From contig JANMKN010000096.1 of the NCBI GenBank assembly GCA_031372065.1, positions 1 through 18,020 of the forward strand: a stretch of DNA of 18,020 nucleotides. The letters run 5' to 3'. Position numbers and translations under genes: made by a program. Positions 17,951 through 18,020 of the stretch are shown piece after piece (the first letter of the stretch is position 1; every line of letters begins with the position of its first letter). Source of the DNA: Abditibacteriaceae bacterium (GTDB lineage Bacteria; Armatimonadota; Abditibacteriia; Abditibacteriales; Abditibacteriaceae). The notes beneath the pieces were generated by a model. It was not told the origin of the DNA. It ran no database searches and saw nothing but the letters and a program-made list of their open reading frames with translations.

Positions 17951-17985
17951 GTGCCAGAACCCCCTGCCCAGAGGGCGCCCGCCGG

Positions 17986-18017
17986 CCCTTCCCCTTGTAA
18001 CGGCAAAAGGGGAAGGG
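17986..18017. repeat. Polypyrimidine/polypurine inverted repeat, possibly a dispersed palindromic element
   Basis: CCCTTCCCCTT (17986-17996) pairs perfectly with AAGGGGAAGGG (18007-18017). It is at the window edge. Confidence 0.55.
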
Positions 18018-18020
18018 AGA

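Noticed and set aside
15398..17952. Classical integron with attC sites
   Set aside because: The repeats are not palindromic and lack RYYYAAC..GTTRRRY ends. The hairpins at 17374 and 17914 look like terminators, and there is no intI.

Overview
Bacterial window with almost all genes on the + strand. It opens with the start of a divergent minus-strand gene (helicase-like motif). Two 'planctomycete cytochrome c' gene pairs follow. The first is a PSCyt1/PSCyt2/LamG/PSD1 protein with a Tat-exported DUF1501 protein. The second is a DUF1587/1592/1588-type protein, broken by one in-frame TAG, with a Tat-exported DUF1552/HXXSHH protein. A REP-like doublet separates the genes of each pair. Between the pairs is a 7-gene surface-modification cluster: 3 methyltransferases, a FemAB-like GNAT, a deacetylase, a GT2 and a GT-C. 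The most striking feature is 15334-17361, where the last 42-65 nt of the DUF1552 gene recur three more times about 0.5 kb apart. Within the shared 14-codon core the copies differ only synonymously, and each is followed by one small, unrelated membrane or secreted ORF. This looks like a polarised gene-capture array anchored on the 3' end of a protein-coding gene, with no recombinase in the window. All family assignments come from motif recognition by eye, not database searches.
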